Positions 1 through 12,922 are shown, counted from the first letter of the whole stretch. The stretch: DNA of 63,979 nt, filler included, from Choristocarpus tenellus KU-1152 (GCA_964200185.2; 11 parts of 11 records of this genome joined end to end with filler, not necessarily neighbours in it), one strand, 5' to 3'. A program made the numbers and translations. Notes: generated by a model from the sequence alone, not told the origin.

Positions 1-84
1 TGCAACCAAATCACCCAAAAATCGTGACATAAAAAAATTGACCCCAATTGGACAGCTGCTACCCCCTCCCAGATATTTTGAGCC
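1..84 (+). mobile_element. MITE family B, right end
   Basis: Matches the 3' half of the full copy at 21868-22045 and ends in CCCAGATATTTTGAGCC. Confidence 0.85.
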
Positions 85-599
85 ATGTGAAGGTAGTAAG
101 AGCGTGAGTTGTTTCTGCAGAGTAGTGAGAGGGAGTAGGGGGGATGTTATGTGCAGTTAAATTCAACTAAGATTCTTCTCGTCTTGTCAACCTCTGAGAT
201 TCACTTCGATGCTTCTTCCCTCTGCCACAGATGTGATACTTCAAGGAAAAAATGAGTAGAGAGATAGACATCAAATGTAAATCGGTTAGGCTGCTGTTGC
301 TGTGACACTTGCTACTGTTGCGATGGTACATTGATCGCAGTACATTCCTCCATATAGTTATAGGTCTGCTGCACCACTAGAAGTATATGTAAAACTGCCA
401 AATAGTCCATACTTCGGCAAGCACAAGGTTCATCTAGTTAGCATCCAGCCCGTAAGTACCACTTCACCTTTAATCACTGTGCATCTATGTAACATATCTC
501 AAGGATAATCAACAAAAGCAGAAGGGACACTCTCAACCCCTTCATCCACCACCTCATTATCTGACCACGATCACTGGCAGAATATCACCACAAAAGCAG

Positions 600-1000
600 G
601 AGGGAGAGGGGCTGGCTCAAAGGGGACTGTCCAGACGAGGAAACCATGGAACCATTCCACCTATGTTGAGGTGGAGCTCGATCAGCAACTCCGTAGACAT
701 CCAGGGATATCCACCTCCGTGAGGAGAGAGACACATTATCCACCTGCCCCTTTTGCAGTTGGGGGTGGGGAGGCATTTTGGGGGCGGCCGGGGAATGACT
801 ACAATTCCTTCTCGCCAAGGACTATTACCACAGTTGACTCGCTTCTCAGCCCCAGGCTATATTGACAATGTTTAAAGTGGTGGCTACTCTAGAGGTACTT
901 GCTGCTTTAGGCTATCATGATTCAAGGACGATGGGCTATAGAACACGAATTGGACAGCTTGTATTTGACAGAGGTTGGCAACTACTTTTATATAATACTC
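600..1000 (+). mobile_element. Possible highly degraded tyrosine-recombinase (DIRS/Ngaro-type) remnant
   Basis: Scattered frames give SK.TVQTR and IMIQGRWAIEHELDSLYL, resembling the C-terminal (I..QGRW.S..Y) region of YR retroelements. It is frameshifted and has no intact ORF. Confidence 0.25.
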
Positions 1001-3581
1001 TCCTCCCTTCTGACCTTGGATTGAGGCAAACTAATTGAGAGGGAGGCAGGTTTGGACCCTACTGCATTCTAAGCCATCTTTCTTAACCTGTGCAATGCAC
1101 TCCATTCCATTGCTTAATGTGTACAATAGTGTGCACAAAATCGATAGTTCCCCTCACCACGCCTATGCCTTGCATGGTTTGACTCATTCAGAATTTAGCC
1201 TACCCCCAATCTCTCAAATCCCTAGTGACTCTAAAATACTCCTTATATATACTGGTCGTGAAGGGTCCTTTCATCTACAATATTGACTGGTATCTTACTG
1301 TGGTGCTGTTGGGCGCTGAGGTCTATGATGACCTGGGTGACTATCAGTCATGCTGTCATGGTAACTGATAATTGATGATCAGCAACTTCTCAACAAGTGT
1401 GATTGAGCACCATACGATAAGGAAGAACGTCAACCACCCTGATCTGTACATGATACAATTCTCCCTCTTCCTTTGTTAGTGCAAGAATTGATGGAGACTC
1501 ATGTCCTTCAAGATGCTATACAACTATTTGTGGTAAGAATCCATGTGCTTTCTTCCCAGGGATTATTACGTGACTTAAATGTAACTGCCGGTAGGTAAAT
1601 ATACGTTCTCGGGGATGCTTCTGTATTGCATGTGGTAGTGGGAAGCATGTTGGAGAGTCCACACTACAACACAGTAATAGGGTATAATTTTAAGTACATT
1701 GTATAGACACGACCACTTCTAGTACTTGCCCCCTCAAGAAAAGACTTGGAAATTTGGAGGATACCTCTAGACATTGGTCTGCACTATATTGACGACCTAC
1801 AAAGCTGTTGTCTAATTTGATACATGTATGCGGATATTTTTCATGTAGTCATGTCAAATGAACTATTGAAGGTGTGTACCTACTCCGTTTGTCTTTTGCT
1901 ATGGAAAGAAACAGAGCTATTGTAGTACTAAAACGTAGGGCTCGTTTTAGAAAGCATTGCCTGACTAGCATCGGAAAATATGACTATGGAAAAATGAATA
2001 CAGTGGAGAAACAAACGAAGAGAAAGGAACCAGAGACTCGCCATTTATCACCTACATCACAAGATTTGCTGTCGAGCCAATTTTGTGACCAGGGGTTCGA
2101 GAAAACCACTACTCAAACATTTCTTTTTGTGTTATACTCTGCAACAACAGGTAGTAATATTTTTATGTAAAAACTGTAATATAGGATGAACTTAATATAC
2201 TATATACTATGATGTACAGTGTTAGGAAAGTTTCGGTGCAGGAGGCCTAAAAATGTAGCATACTTGAGGTTTACCTTAGAATTCAGGAACAAATTGACGT
2301 CTAGTTGTCATGAAACAGTGTGCTCTGCTTTCCTGTTGTTACACCAGCATTGTGTTCGAATCATCCTTTCGAGGGGAGGCGGATTACACCCTACCGAGTA
2401 CTTAGGGCCTCGTAATTCATCTGCCTAACATCTTATTTACCATGCCTGAAATGCTGCTATCTCCCTTTTCAGGAGGTTGGACTGTAGAAGAAGAGGAGAC
2501 GAATTTCGTCCACACAAGTGCGAAATCACTCTAAAGAGTGCTAGTAGCATATTTTACAGAGGTCAGTCACAGTAGTGACCCCAAACACTCAAGGAAGGAG
2601 GGCATCACCATCTATGATAGGATGGCTGTCTGTGTAGAGACACTTTTGTTGTTGTTGCCTCCAGTCCTTCAGGAGTGCATACAAGGACTTCCAAAAAATG
2701 CTTTCTGCAAAATGTATTTTGTAAGGAAGGGTGTATATGTATGCATGCATGCATGCCGTGTACGAAAATGTCGGGATATATTAAGTTTCTCTACCATTAT
2801 TAGGGAACCGAGCCGAGCCATCTTTATCCGAAACGGAGGAAGATTTCCCGTTTGGAGCACAATCTTCGATTTCCCAACTACCTAGGAAGGGGTATTAAAT
2901 AGTCAGTCTGAAAAAAACCCGTCTTGTGTAAGGTACAAAATTGAACGATGTGACAAGTAGTAAAAATAAAATATTGATTTCTCACTCCATCAACCAGCCA
3001 CAAGGTTAAGGCATCGAATACACAGGCTCCAACTCAGAATAGACACTCCAATATGTTACCATTCATTATGAGCCAATTCGTTCATTGTTGACTCATCTTT
3101 GAACATGTTCGACGAAGGAGACAGTCAACATCTAAGTAACTATATGATGTGTACAATGTTCCATCCACATGAACATGGGAATCAGATCACTAAACGATCC
3201 ATGTTGTGATGTGACCCATATAAGGAAGATTCCAAGAAATTGTGGTAGAATTTTATTGAATTTGAAAGTTTTAAAAATTGTTGGTTGGTTGAGAGTGTTC
3301 AAAACATGTCCAGATCTACCTGTCTCTCCTCCATACAATAAACCTAGTAGAGACGTCCCGAGTAAGTCCTGTCGAGCGAACTATCACACATTTTGCTAAG
3401 AACATAGATCAGAGGAGACTTTGGCTCCCCTCTCCCAGTTCAGTTTGCTAAGTGGGATGATCTAATCACTTTCCAGGAGTAAAGTTACAAAAGTCATTTC
3501 CTGGCTAAGTTGTCATCACTGTGACTGGGAGACAAATCTATTGCCCAACATTATCTCCTCCTGCTGTTATTCGATACAAAA

Positions 3582-6500
3582 ATGGATGATAGCAAGCGTC
3601 AATTGGGGGTACCGACTTTGAGGAATGCTGGCGAACAGTTGTGGTACGTTCGGGAAGTTGGCGGGATCAAGCGTTTGTCCAGGTCAACGGCCGAGAAGCA
3701 CTACTATGAAGGGAAAGCAAGGGCAAAGACAGCAAAAGAGAGGTAAATATTCGTTCTCTTCCCTAACGTGCAAATGCAAAAACAAGTACGTAGTAGAATT
3801 TGTCAGAGCGATGCTGCACACCTGCGCCGTTTTCGTGACCCAAATTAGCACCTGTACGGAATTGCTGAAGATGAAGCATGTTTCACTCCTCCCCTCAATA
3901 TAGGGCGCTGATTGAACGGAGCCTGAGTGCAAATGACCTGCTGACATGTTTGGATGCGGAACAAATCACCAATTTCGTGGAACATAGCCGGTTGCTGGAG
4001 TATGGAGTCGGAGAAGCTGTGTTTCTCGAGGGGGAACAAGGAGACAACCTTTACGTCCTACAGGTTTGTTGATATGTCCGTGCCATTCCACCTGACACAG
4101 CTGTGGAGGTTCACCTGCTGTCAACCAAAATCAGACCGCTGCTGTTTCAACCGCCGACAGAATCTCGAGCACTTGGATTGCATGTGCGCATTGGGAGGGG
4201 CGATTGATTCCTGTTCGTGGAAGACTGTGATAAATTTCAGGACCCAAGTACCGAATGCCTTAAGAACTCCGAGATGCCACGGAAATCTTCAAGGGTTTTG
4301 TGTTGGCCCAGTTGCCTCATATTGAGTGAGAATTGTCGGCACTTGGTGACATGAGCTGTCGAAGATGGTCCGGAGTGTACAAGGTGGCGATAGTGCTTGA
4401 GGGGACTCCCTAAGCCAACAACCAATCCTCTCGTGCCCCAACTATCCCACCCCTCCACCAAACCTAAGCTACAACGGTCTATGTTTCGTGAAAAACATGC
4501 AGAGTTATTATAGTGGGGGTGTCGCTTCTTGTGTATCAGAAATGTACTCCCATGAATTTTTCGATTTCCTCCTCATCCAGGATGGTGTTGCACATGCAGT
4601 TTCGTGATTGTAGATACCAACAGCAGTGCCTCGAACTCCCTTCTCTTTACCTTGGCCCTCCTACCTACTGGCATTTTTCTATCATAATATTTACTTGAGA
4701 TTTGATCCAAACCCAGTAATGTACAGTCGATCATTTACGCTTAATCGTATGTTTCTCCGATACTTTAATTTACCAAACATCAATGCAATGTGTCCTTGTC
4801 GCAGCACTCCAGTTCTTCCTATTTCTTCGTGAGACCATTCCGGTAACGACCTTGTAGTTGCACCATCAACCCCACCCTACAGTGTACCTTTCTTGCAAAT
4901 TCATGTCTCAATTAGGACTTTTCTCCCCTGCTCTCGTATTTTTTCGTCCTCAAAAACTTCGTTTACATGGATAGGAAGGAGCAGTACAGGTCTTGGAGCG
5001 ATGCTCATCATCAGAGGGCACGGACGCCCCCCTCTGCACTATGTCAAGTGGGCAGTGCTTTGGGCCAGAGGCTATCATCATGAGGAGGGCCCGTGACTCC
5101 ACTGTCCGGGCTACATCCAAGGTTGAACTGAGAGAGATGGTGCAATTCCCTTTGGGGGGGTGGGTGTTACATATGTTGGGGAGCTCTTGGGGGTTCGGAG
5201 GTTGTGTCAGTGTTTTGATGGCGACACTTGCTTGGAAGTGTTGGGTCTGTTTTTTCTTCTTTTTCATGTGAGGTTATTGTAAGAAATTGCTTTGCATGTT
5301 GAGATGAAAATTGTTTAAAGAGTGGTGCTGTGGTTCGAGTAGCATCACAGCTCTAAGAGGGTAGGGAAGTTGGGACATGGCACTGAAATGGACATCTCAT
5401 CTATTTTCATGCTCAGTCCAATGTATATTGCATGTCTGGTATGATGTGTGTGTTATAACCCTGTTCTTAACCCTAACCCTAACCCTAAACCTCTATTATC
5501 GAAGTACTGCTGTGATGACCGGACACACTCAGTGGAATGCAAAAGAGCCGGTGAAGAGGTCACTGTACCAAATGTGTGCTATATTTCAAAGAATTTAATT
5601 CCATTAGAGTCGAGATTTGCAGCAGTGTTGCCTTGATTAGCTAGCATATTCATAAAGGAGAACGAGCTCAAGTTAAGTGCAAAATCTGCAGGCAAGTAAA
5701 GGGTTTAGACTAACCGCTAACAGGTAAAAGATCACACTTTTTAATAGTTTTACGATTGTGATTACACTTTTTAATTGTTTACGATTATAATTACACTTTT
5801 TAATAGTTTGCGATTATGATTACACTTTTTAATCGTTTACGATTATGATTACACTTTTTAATAGTTTATGATTATAATTATATACCGAATCGGAAGGGTT
5901 AATAGTGGATTGTGATTGATTCAGCCTTTGCATTGGTGAATTGTACTAGTGGTTGACATCTTGTGGATTGCACTTCAAATTTTAATATTGTGGATGTCCC
6001 CAAGTGAAGAGAATTGATTTGGATAGTAGTTCAGTTGCTTTGGACGGTTCAGTTAGGTTTAGGGTTACTCTGGCAAGATTCAAATATCGCTTACCAATGA
6101 GAAGGCCGAATCAAGTACGTTCCTTATTTTAACCCTCCCTATTTGTTACTATCGAGGTAATAAATATAATAAATAATAAATGTCTGATTTTTTTTCTTCT
6201 CATTACTACCCTAACCCTAACCCTAACCCTTTATTTAAGCATAGACAAAGAAACACTTTTTTTTGTATTGGCGTGTGAAAAGATAAAAAAAATAGCTCCA
6301 ATATTGTAATAAAGGTTATATGACTTTGTACTTCATATTGTTGTACACGGAAGGAGTGAGGTTTTTTTTATTTTTTTTCTGTCAGTTAAACTTTGTAGCT
6401 AATGATAGGGTTAGGGCTAGCATTTTCTGTCCATATACCTGCGTCCCGAGTCTATGAATATATCCAGGTATGTATATACACAAACGCCTTACCTATACAT

Positions 6501-9500
6501 CTCTTCCTGTGTAATCTCTACAAGTGTCCATGCCGATGCATTGATAGGTGACGTGCTGGGCAGTGGATGTGGAGACCTTTGAGAGACATGTCTTCAACAG
6601 TTCTCGTGTAAAGAAGGTGAGAGAAATCAGAACAACTACAACTACACTGCTATTGTAAAAATCAATTGCTTTTTTAGTATCACATATCATGAACTATTCT
6701 CATATTACGTATTAACAGTTGTATTTATGCACTGAAATTGTAATATTACGGATTGACTATTGTATGTTACATATCAACCATTGGTGTTAGTATTAACTAT
6801 TGTATTATATTGTACTAGTAATAAATATTGCAATATTACTTCTTACACATTGTGTTATTATTTAGTAACTATTGTAATATTATGTATTAACTATTGTAAT
6901 ACTATGTATCAACTATTGTAATTTACATATCAGCTATTGTAATTTACATATTAACTATTGCAATATTATGCATTAACTATTGTAATATTATTTTCTGTTG
7001 TAGTGGTACTTTGTAATTTTGTTGAGGGTTAGGGCTTAGGTACCCTTTCACTCTGGACACACATGTAGATTTTTGAAGGGTTACAACGGAGGGGATCAGT
7101 AAGGAACTGATGGTACAATTGAACCATTAAAAAGGAAAGATAATGCACAGAGATCAGACCTAATCCTAATCATCCCCTTTTACAGTATAATTTTTACAGT
7201 TATATTTTCACTGTATTCAGATGCCCTCGCCCAGAGGCATGCTATTCACCCCCCTGCCCCGTCTGGTCTCTCCATCTCTCGAAAAGCTTTTCAATCGATA
7301 TGCCACTGTGGAAGATTCTTCAAACGGGGAGATGGAAAGGTTGATGACTATGGATGACTTCCTGCAGTCTTGTCTCGAGGGCAACAGCCCAGGCGCAGGA
7401 GTTAAGGGCGTAAAGGTGTGGCTAAATTTCAACCTTTTTAACCCTACACCTATGCAATTATTATTATTATTATTATTTTAGTGTGGCATAGTTATTATCG
7501 TTGTTAGTTTTAATTTTTTTTCGGGTAATATTGTATGACCCTGATAAATGCCTATTGGTATTGATTTGGCGTTGATTGTGCTTTGTGGGGCCTGGCCCTA
7601 ACCCTTTCGTGCAGTTATTGTACAGGGATATTCTTAAGTGTTTTTTTTTTTAATGTCTTTTGAATGTTGAAAAAATTGTAGTGATGAATTCTATCATGGG
7701 TATGGTTTTTTTGGTTGACTCTGACTTCTACTTTTTACTTGATTTGTTTTATAGTGTGTGTTTTATGTGATTTTCAATTTTTATTTTTATTTTTTACAGT
7801 AGTCTTGATTTTTATTTTAGAGTCCCAATCCGGTTGTCGAAAAGTAGCCAGAGGAGATCACCACTAACACAATACTCTGGATAGAAAAAAAAAGAAGTAA
7901 GAATGAGAATAAACCAAGAAAAAAGGGCAATCAAGATTAAGACACCACCCACTATTACAATATCATCCAATAAGTGGGACAGTGATGTAGATTTGACTGG
8001 GGTGGGAGGAAGGGTGGGAAAGTTGACTGAGGCGATGGCGATGGAGATGTGCAGATATGCCGCCCAATGCAAACCCAAAAGAAACGCCTTCCTGGTTTGG
8101 TACAATATTTGCCCTCCACACCGCTTGAACTGATGAACTGATGCTGAACAGAGAATGTATGTAGTATAGTATATCATGGTATCTATTACCGTTCCTAATT
8201 CGACTTATGGCTAAGGTATTATCCACAATACTGCTGTTTGGCACCAGAGATATTTTGCGCTGTTTGGTTAGGTCTTGTGCTTCACCTTGATTCGGGTTTT
8301 ATTTTATTTTGATGGTTTTATCAAATCTTATCAATCAGGGATAAAATGTGTTTTGTCAGGGTATAGACGTTAAACACTCAGGGTTTTGTTTATTATCAGT
8401 GTAAAGATTGAGGGATTGGCAATGTAACTACTTTGGGATTTAATGTTAGGGATAGGGTTAGAGTAAATGTTGATCATCCTATAGATTAAATGAGTGTGGA
8501 ATCAAGACCTGAATACCTGGAGGATAGACAGGACCCGTGAGACTTGTTTCATGATCTCTCACCTTTGGCAGGTTAGGTGCATTATCTTTAACTTGATGTT
8601 TTTGTGGACACAAAGTATGTAGCTTTGGTGTTAGTATTAGGGTTAGGTCTTTAAAGCTAATGTTTGGGTCTGGGGTGATACTTCAATGTTTGGGTTTTTG
8701 AACATTAAGATGTACTTTGGGTTAGTGTTAACAATAATGCTTATGTATTAGGGTTAGGGTCAATATTTTTATGTTGTATTTTTTAGGTTGATATTGTTAA
8801 TTGATATAGTGGTTGGGATTGCAAGTATTGGACACTCTGGACCTATCCCTAACCCTAAGGCCTCCATATACATACAATAGTACACTGAATGTTGTAGGTA
8901 CATACATACCAATACCATAGTGTGTTCAATTAATTTTTATACCTCAATAGACAGCACTGCCCTAACCCTAACCATTTTCTTTTCATCTCCCACCTAATGT
9001 GCATGCGTGTGTGAATGTGTTCTGTCTAGAGTTTATGATGAGCCCAACCCTAACCCTAAGAGTAAACATAGATATTTTGTCTGGATTTTTAATTCTCCAG
9101 TCCACTGCATCACCAAGGACCAATTTATTTTTTTATGTGAAAAACTATCGTTATTATCTGAACGCATTGATAATATTAATAGTAGTGTCTACAATCTAAC
9201 CCTACCTTGTGATCCTCAATGGGAACGAGATGTGAAAACATGGAGGAGAGACTCTGTAGTGATCTGTAGTGCTCTGTAGCACTGTTGCTGACAAATACAG
9301 TAGTTGTACTGGGTGACAGAAGAGGGTGCATTTCAGTGGTGTACGCATTGATAGCTGATAATATTATACAGTACATAGTACTAGTGTACTAATAAGGTTT
9401 AAGCTTTGCTCTGTAGCCCCCTGTAGCTCCCTGTAGCCCAGTAGTCTGAACTTGTGAAGATTATAGCTCCTGAGAGGATAATGCTGTTTATGTAGTAAAC

Positions 9501-10705
9501 CTTGAAAACTTCAGGACCTAATCCTATTAATACCTTAACCTAGAAAATATTTCGATGTACGTTTGGCCTCCAACATTATGTTTGACTTCCAACATTATGT
9601 TATTGGTTACAACGTTTGGTATGTTTTGCTCTCCACCACTTGTTTGTGTAGTGCTTGGGTCCTTTTCATCTTTTACGTCCCCTGTCTGCTCCTGTGTAAG
9701 GTCTCCTGTGAGGGCAGTGTCGGGTGTCCTTAGCTCAATGTCTTCTGTTCTCTAGCAAATGTCTGATTCCATTTGGTGTATGGTGTTTGTTGTCTGGGGC
9801 TAAAATAGAACATTTTGATTCAGTTTGGTGTTTGTCGAAGATGACCCTGCTATTAATCAGTTTTTTTTGTTTCTATTATTTTTCTCATATTGGTTTTGAT
9901 TTTTTGGGAAAAAAGCCAGGGATGTGATGAGTTGGAAGAAATTTCCTGAAGAAATAAGGAAGGTGTTATATATATATTTATATTTATATTTATATCTTGC
10001 AATATATATACATGCACTTTATTTGCTCATTGGCCCGTTCATTTGTTCTCTTGCGTTTGTTGTTTTTGACAATACTTAGGGTTAGGGTTAGGGTTAAACC
10101 CCTGCCCTAACCCTAACCCTAACCCTAATCCATTTGCTCTATAAAGTCCATTGTTTTGCAAGTGTTTGAAAGGTCCATTTGTTCTGTAATGTCCAATGTC
10201 CTCTATAAAGTCCATTGTTTTGCAAGTGTTTGAAAGGTTTATTTATTCTGTAATGTTCTGTAATGTCCACCGGGATTAGTCTCGTGGGCTTTTGCTCCAC
10301 AATGCTTTCTTGTTTTATAGCACTGATGTGTTCATTTGTGTTATTTGAGTGTTGTACATTTTCCTGATGTGTGGTATTTGGTACAGCGGGATATGATAGC
10401 TATGCTCTGTAGCACTCTATAGCACTGGTAGTCGAGACCTGTGAAGAGTAGATGCCTTTTTTGCAGATGGTGTTGTTCAAGAACGTAGTGCTCAAGAGGT
10501 ATTGACATGATCCATGGTGATCAATCAAGTTGTCTTTCATGCCTTACTCACAACAATAACCCTAACCCTAACCCTATCCCAATGGATTGAATATGAGTAT
10601 GTATGGAATTTCATCTTTGTTTTTTTTCATGTATGTTTGGCAGGAGCATCGCCTCCGAAGTCTGTTTCATCTGCTGAGAGGACAGCGTGAGATAATTACA
10701 TTCAG
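3582..10705 (+). CDS. Spliced gene (3' incomplete): cyclic-nucleotide-binding (cNMP) domain followed by a MICU1/Aralar-like EF-hand region
   Basis: Exons 3582-3742, 3904-4063, 4975-5121, 6548-6616, 7287-7415 and 10644-10705 have GT-AG boundaries and compatible phases. They give ...KTAKERALIERSLSANDLLTCLDAEQITNFVEHSRLLEYGVGEAVFLEGEQGDNLYVLQEGAVQV...SGQCFGPEAIIMRRARDSTVRATSKVTCWAVDVETFERHVF (cNMP domain), then KLFNRYATVEDSSNGEMERLMTMDDFLQSCL...RSLFHLLRGQREIITF. The start ATG is tentative, and the contig ends at 10837. Confidence 0.8.
5731..5880. repeat. Intronic minisatellite, ~29-bp unit x5
   Basis: Repeated ATTACACTTTTTAATNGTTT(A/G)CGATTAT(G/A). Confidence 0.9.
6693..6990. repeat. Degenerate AT-rich tandem repeat, ~21-23-bp unit
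   Basis: Recurrent AACTATTGTAATATTA(T/C)GTAT-like units. Confidence 0.75.
10076..10128. repeat. Inverted (head-to-head) interstitial telomeric array
   Basis: (TTAGGG)3, an 11-bp spacer, then (CCCTAA)4. Confidence 0.9.
10137..10254. repeat. 64-bp-period tandem duplication
   Basis: CTCTATAAAGTCCATTGTTTTGCAAGTGTTTGAAAGGT occurs at 10137 and 10201. Confidence 0.85.
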
Positions 10706-10816
10706 GTGACTACAGTAATGACTACAATAATGACTACAATAATGAAGATGGTGATGATTATGGCACTCACCGTGATATCTGTAAGAGAAGGGGGCATGCA
10801 ACACAAACATAGACTT

Positions 10817-10837
10817 GGGTCAAAGTATCTGGGGGGG
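10817..10837. mobile_element. MITE family B terminus, cut by contig end
   Basis: GGGTCAAAGTATCTGGGGGGG runs into the spacer. Confidence 0.7.
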
Positions 10838-10937
10838 NNNNNNNNNNNNNNNNNNNNNNNNNNNNNNNNNNNNNNNNNNNNTTAATTAATTAANNNNNNN
10901 NNNNNNNNNNNNNNNNNNNNNNNNNNNNNNNNNNNNN
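10838..10937. other. Artificial contig-joining spacer (first of ten)
   Basis: 44 N + TTAATTAATTAA (stops in all six frames) + 44 N. Identical spacers lie at 20464-20563, 26001-26100, 28709-28808, 34526-34625, 37317-37416, 41863-41962, 49088-49187, 56805-56904 and 60477-60576. Confidence 0.98.
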
Positions 10938-11259
10938 GTCGAGGCACAGGCGTTTGCCCCTTATCCACACTGGCTCCAGTGGCGTGCTAGGGCTAATGAA
11001 GAGCTTTCCCTCCCATAGTATGCCGCCTCATTTGGAAAGGCCGGCCAGTTGTGTCCTGAAATTGTCAAAACGGATCTTGTTGAGGAGGCGTGTTATCTCG
11101 TGTTGAGCCCTCCTTGTGATCCTGGCGTCATGAGCTGCCAGGATGTGGACCTCTGGGCAGGTGCAGGGGGTGTTGTTCCCCCCCAGGTTACCCAGTCTTG
11201 GCCAATGATTTCGGCAAGGTCTTCTAAGGGGACACCTGTAGAAAGGAGGGTGTGGATGG

Positions 11260-11520
11260 ACAATTCTACGGCCTGTATTGTAGGACTTGTACATACAGCT
11301 TGTGAGAAGGACTTGCCATGAGGTCCTTGCTGCCTTGCTAGGAGGGTGGGGAGAGTAGCCACCAGTGGTCCTCTCTCCCCTACAGCATGCGTAGCTATCT
11401 CATTCATGAAACTATCCACTATCTTGCCGAGGCACCCAAAACTTGTCACTGCGAAGTTGTCAAGGTTATAACTACGATGGATCAAAAGAGCCCTCGTATA
11501 ATTGTCCATGTCAAAGTCCC
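11260..11520 (-). mobile_element. Fragment of a non-LTR retrotransposon, C-terminal restriction-like endonuclease region (CRE/R2-like)
   Basis: YTRALLIHRSYNLDNFAVTSFGCLGKIVDSFMNEIATHAVG resembles the K..Y...P.A.E.FG.LG...F...LA tail of RLE-bearing LINEs. It is frameshifted downstream. Confidence 0.5.
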
Positions 11521-12603
11521 ACTGATGATGGATTATACAACTCTCGAATTACACTAACTCTGTGCCATACGTTTGTACCACGAAACATCTGGGCTCACCG
11601 AGCGAGAACGGCGTTGAATCGGACGATAACCCCATGGAATAAAATCGGGTTGACAATCTCAGCGTTTAGAAAAGGTGGGGGTCGAGCATTATCAGGTTCA
11701 AACTCGAGGTGCTTCAAGCAGTAAAAGTAGGGGTCTTTTGGAGCGATTTTGAGTCCAGAATTGGGCACGTCGAGGGTCAGAAAGTCGGTATGGCAACACC
11801 CCCGTCGACCCCCCTGCGTAGGAAGGGTGCCCAAGTGTCCCTGAATACCAGGGTAGCGATTAGAGTGCGCGACACGCCCTTGCGATGGTCCCTGGTGAGC
11901 ATAAACTGCTGCAACACGTAGGGTCGACCCTCGCTGCGGAGTTGGGAGTGTCCGAGCATTACATGCCAGGGCTCTGGGAGGACGTCACCGATCAGCTCTC
12001 CTGTGGCCACGCGCTCGACCTAGGGGTGGCGGCATATAGCGGGCAATCTTCGGAGCTCACACCCACTAACATACCCGCAATTCATGGTATCAACTCCGAT
12101 AATCAGTCATCCACAGTGCGTCGGGTGACAACGAAGATGGCCGCCAAGGGGCTGAATTTAACATGAGCACCATAAACAGGTGATTGGATGATATGGGGAC
12201 CATGCCGAATCACCGCTGGATCAAACCCAACTTAAATCATGGCAACAGGTATGGAGTATGGACTTTGTTTACGATCAAGTGGACCGGAAATGTGGTGTGT
12301 ACACCACCATGGCGAACACGATCTATGTGGCTGAAACCTGGTTTTATGTGATGGCTTGATGGAGAAAGGTTGACGCATTTCTCCATGAGGATGATAGAGA
12401 CCTTCCAGGGTCCCCTACTGTGCAGCACAAGAGCCATATCCCCAAAAACCATGATCATTGCAGCCAACGCCCGCTGTTCGGCGCACAGCTTTGGTGAGAA
12501 AGGCTTGTTGTTTGGCACCAAACACGGCAGACAGAACATGCAAGAACCAAAAGGAGGATGTGTATGAGCACGACTGCACTTTAGACCATTTGTGGTACAG
12601 GAA

Positions 12604-12877
12604 GACCCAAAGTATCTAGCGGGGGGGGGGGTCTACACCAGAGTATCCACTTGGNNNNNNNNNNGGGGGGGGGTGTGGGGGAGGGGGGGTCGAGGGAGAC
12701 GCAGAGTTTCACGCGGGGGGGGGGGGTCTACACCAGAGTATCCACTTGGACCAAAACCAGGAAAAGTGCACTTCCATTATCCATCCAACGTATGGAACCA
12801 AATTACCCAAGAATCGCGACATGAAAAAATTGCCCTCAAATGGACAACCGCCACTCCCCCCCCAGATACTTTGAGCC
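12604..12877 (+). mobile_element. MITE family B inserted in the mariner transposase
   Basis: GACCCAAAGTATCT...CCCAGATACTTTGAGCC, containing a 10-N gap and a locally duplicated segment. Confidence 0.85.
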
Positions 12878-12922
12878 AAAGTGGCACACGGAGGAGTTAC
12901 TGCCTGCAATCTAGACCAAGAT

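Noticed and set aside
2242-2411. GAGGCC...GGCCTC inverted ends as another MITE
   Set aside because: Very short inverted match, no TSD and no second copy in the window.
5731-5880. 29-bp repeats resembling a CRISPR array
   Set aside because: The units are directly adjacent with no unique spacers, lie in a eukaryotic intron, and no cas genes are present.
10701-10745. Deleting one G would read TFSDY, matching MICU1 SFSDY
   Set aside because: The sequence is also a good AG|GTGACT donor followed by a 12-bp tandem repeat. It cannot be told from coincidence without reads.
11595-12230. Minus-strand ORFs as a continuation of the LINE fragment
   Set aside because: The plus strand encodes the mariner HTH region over most of this span, so the minus ORFs are most likely shadows.
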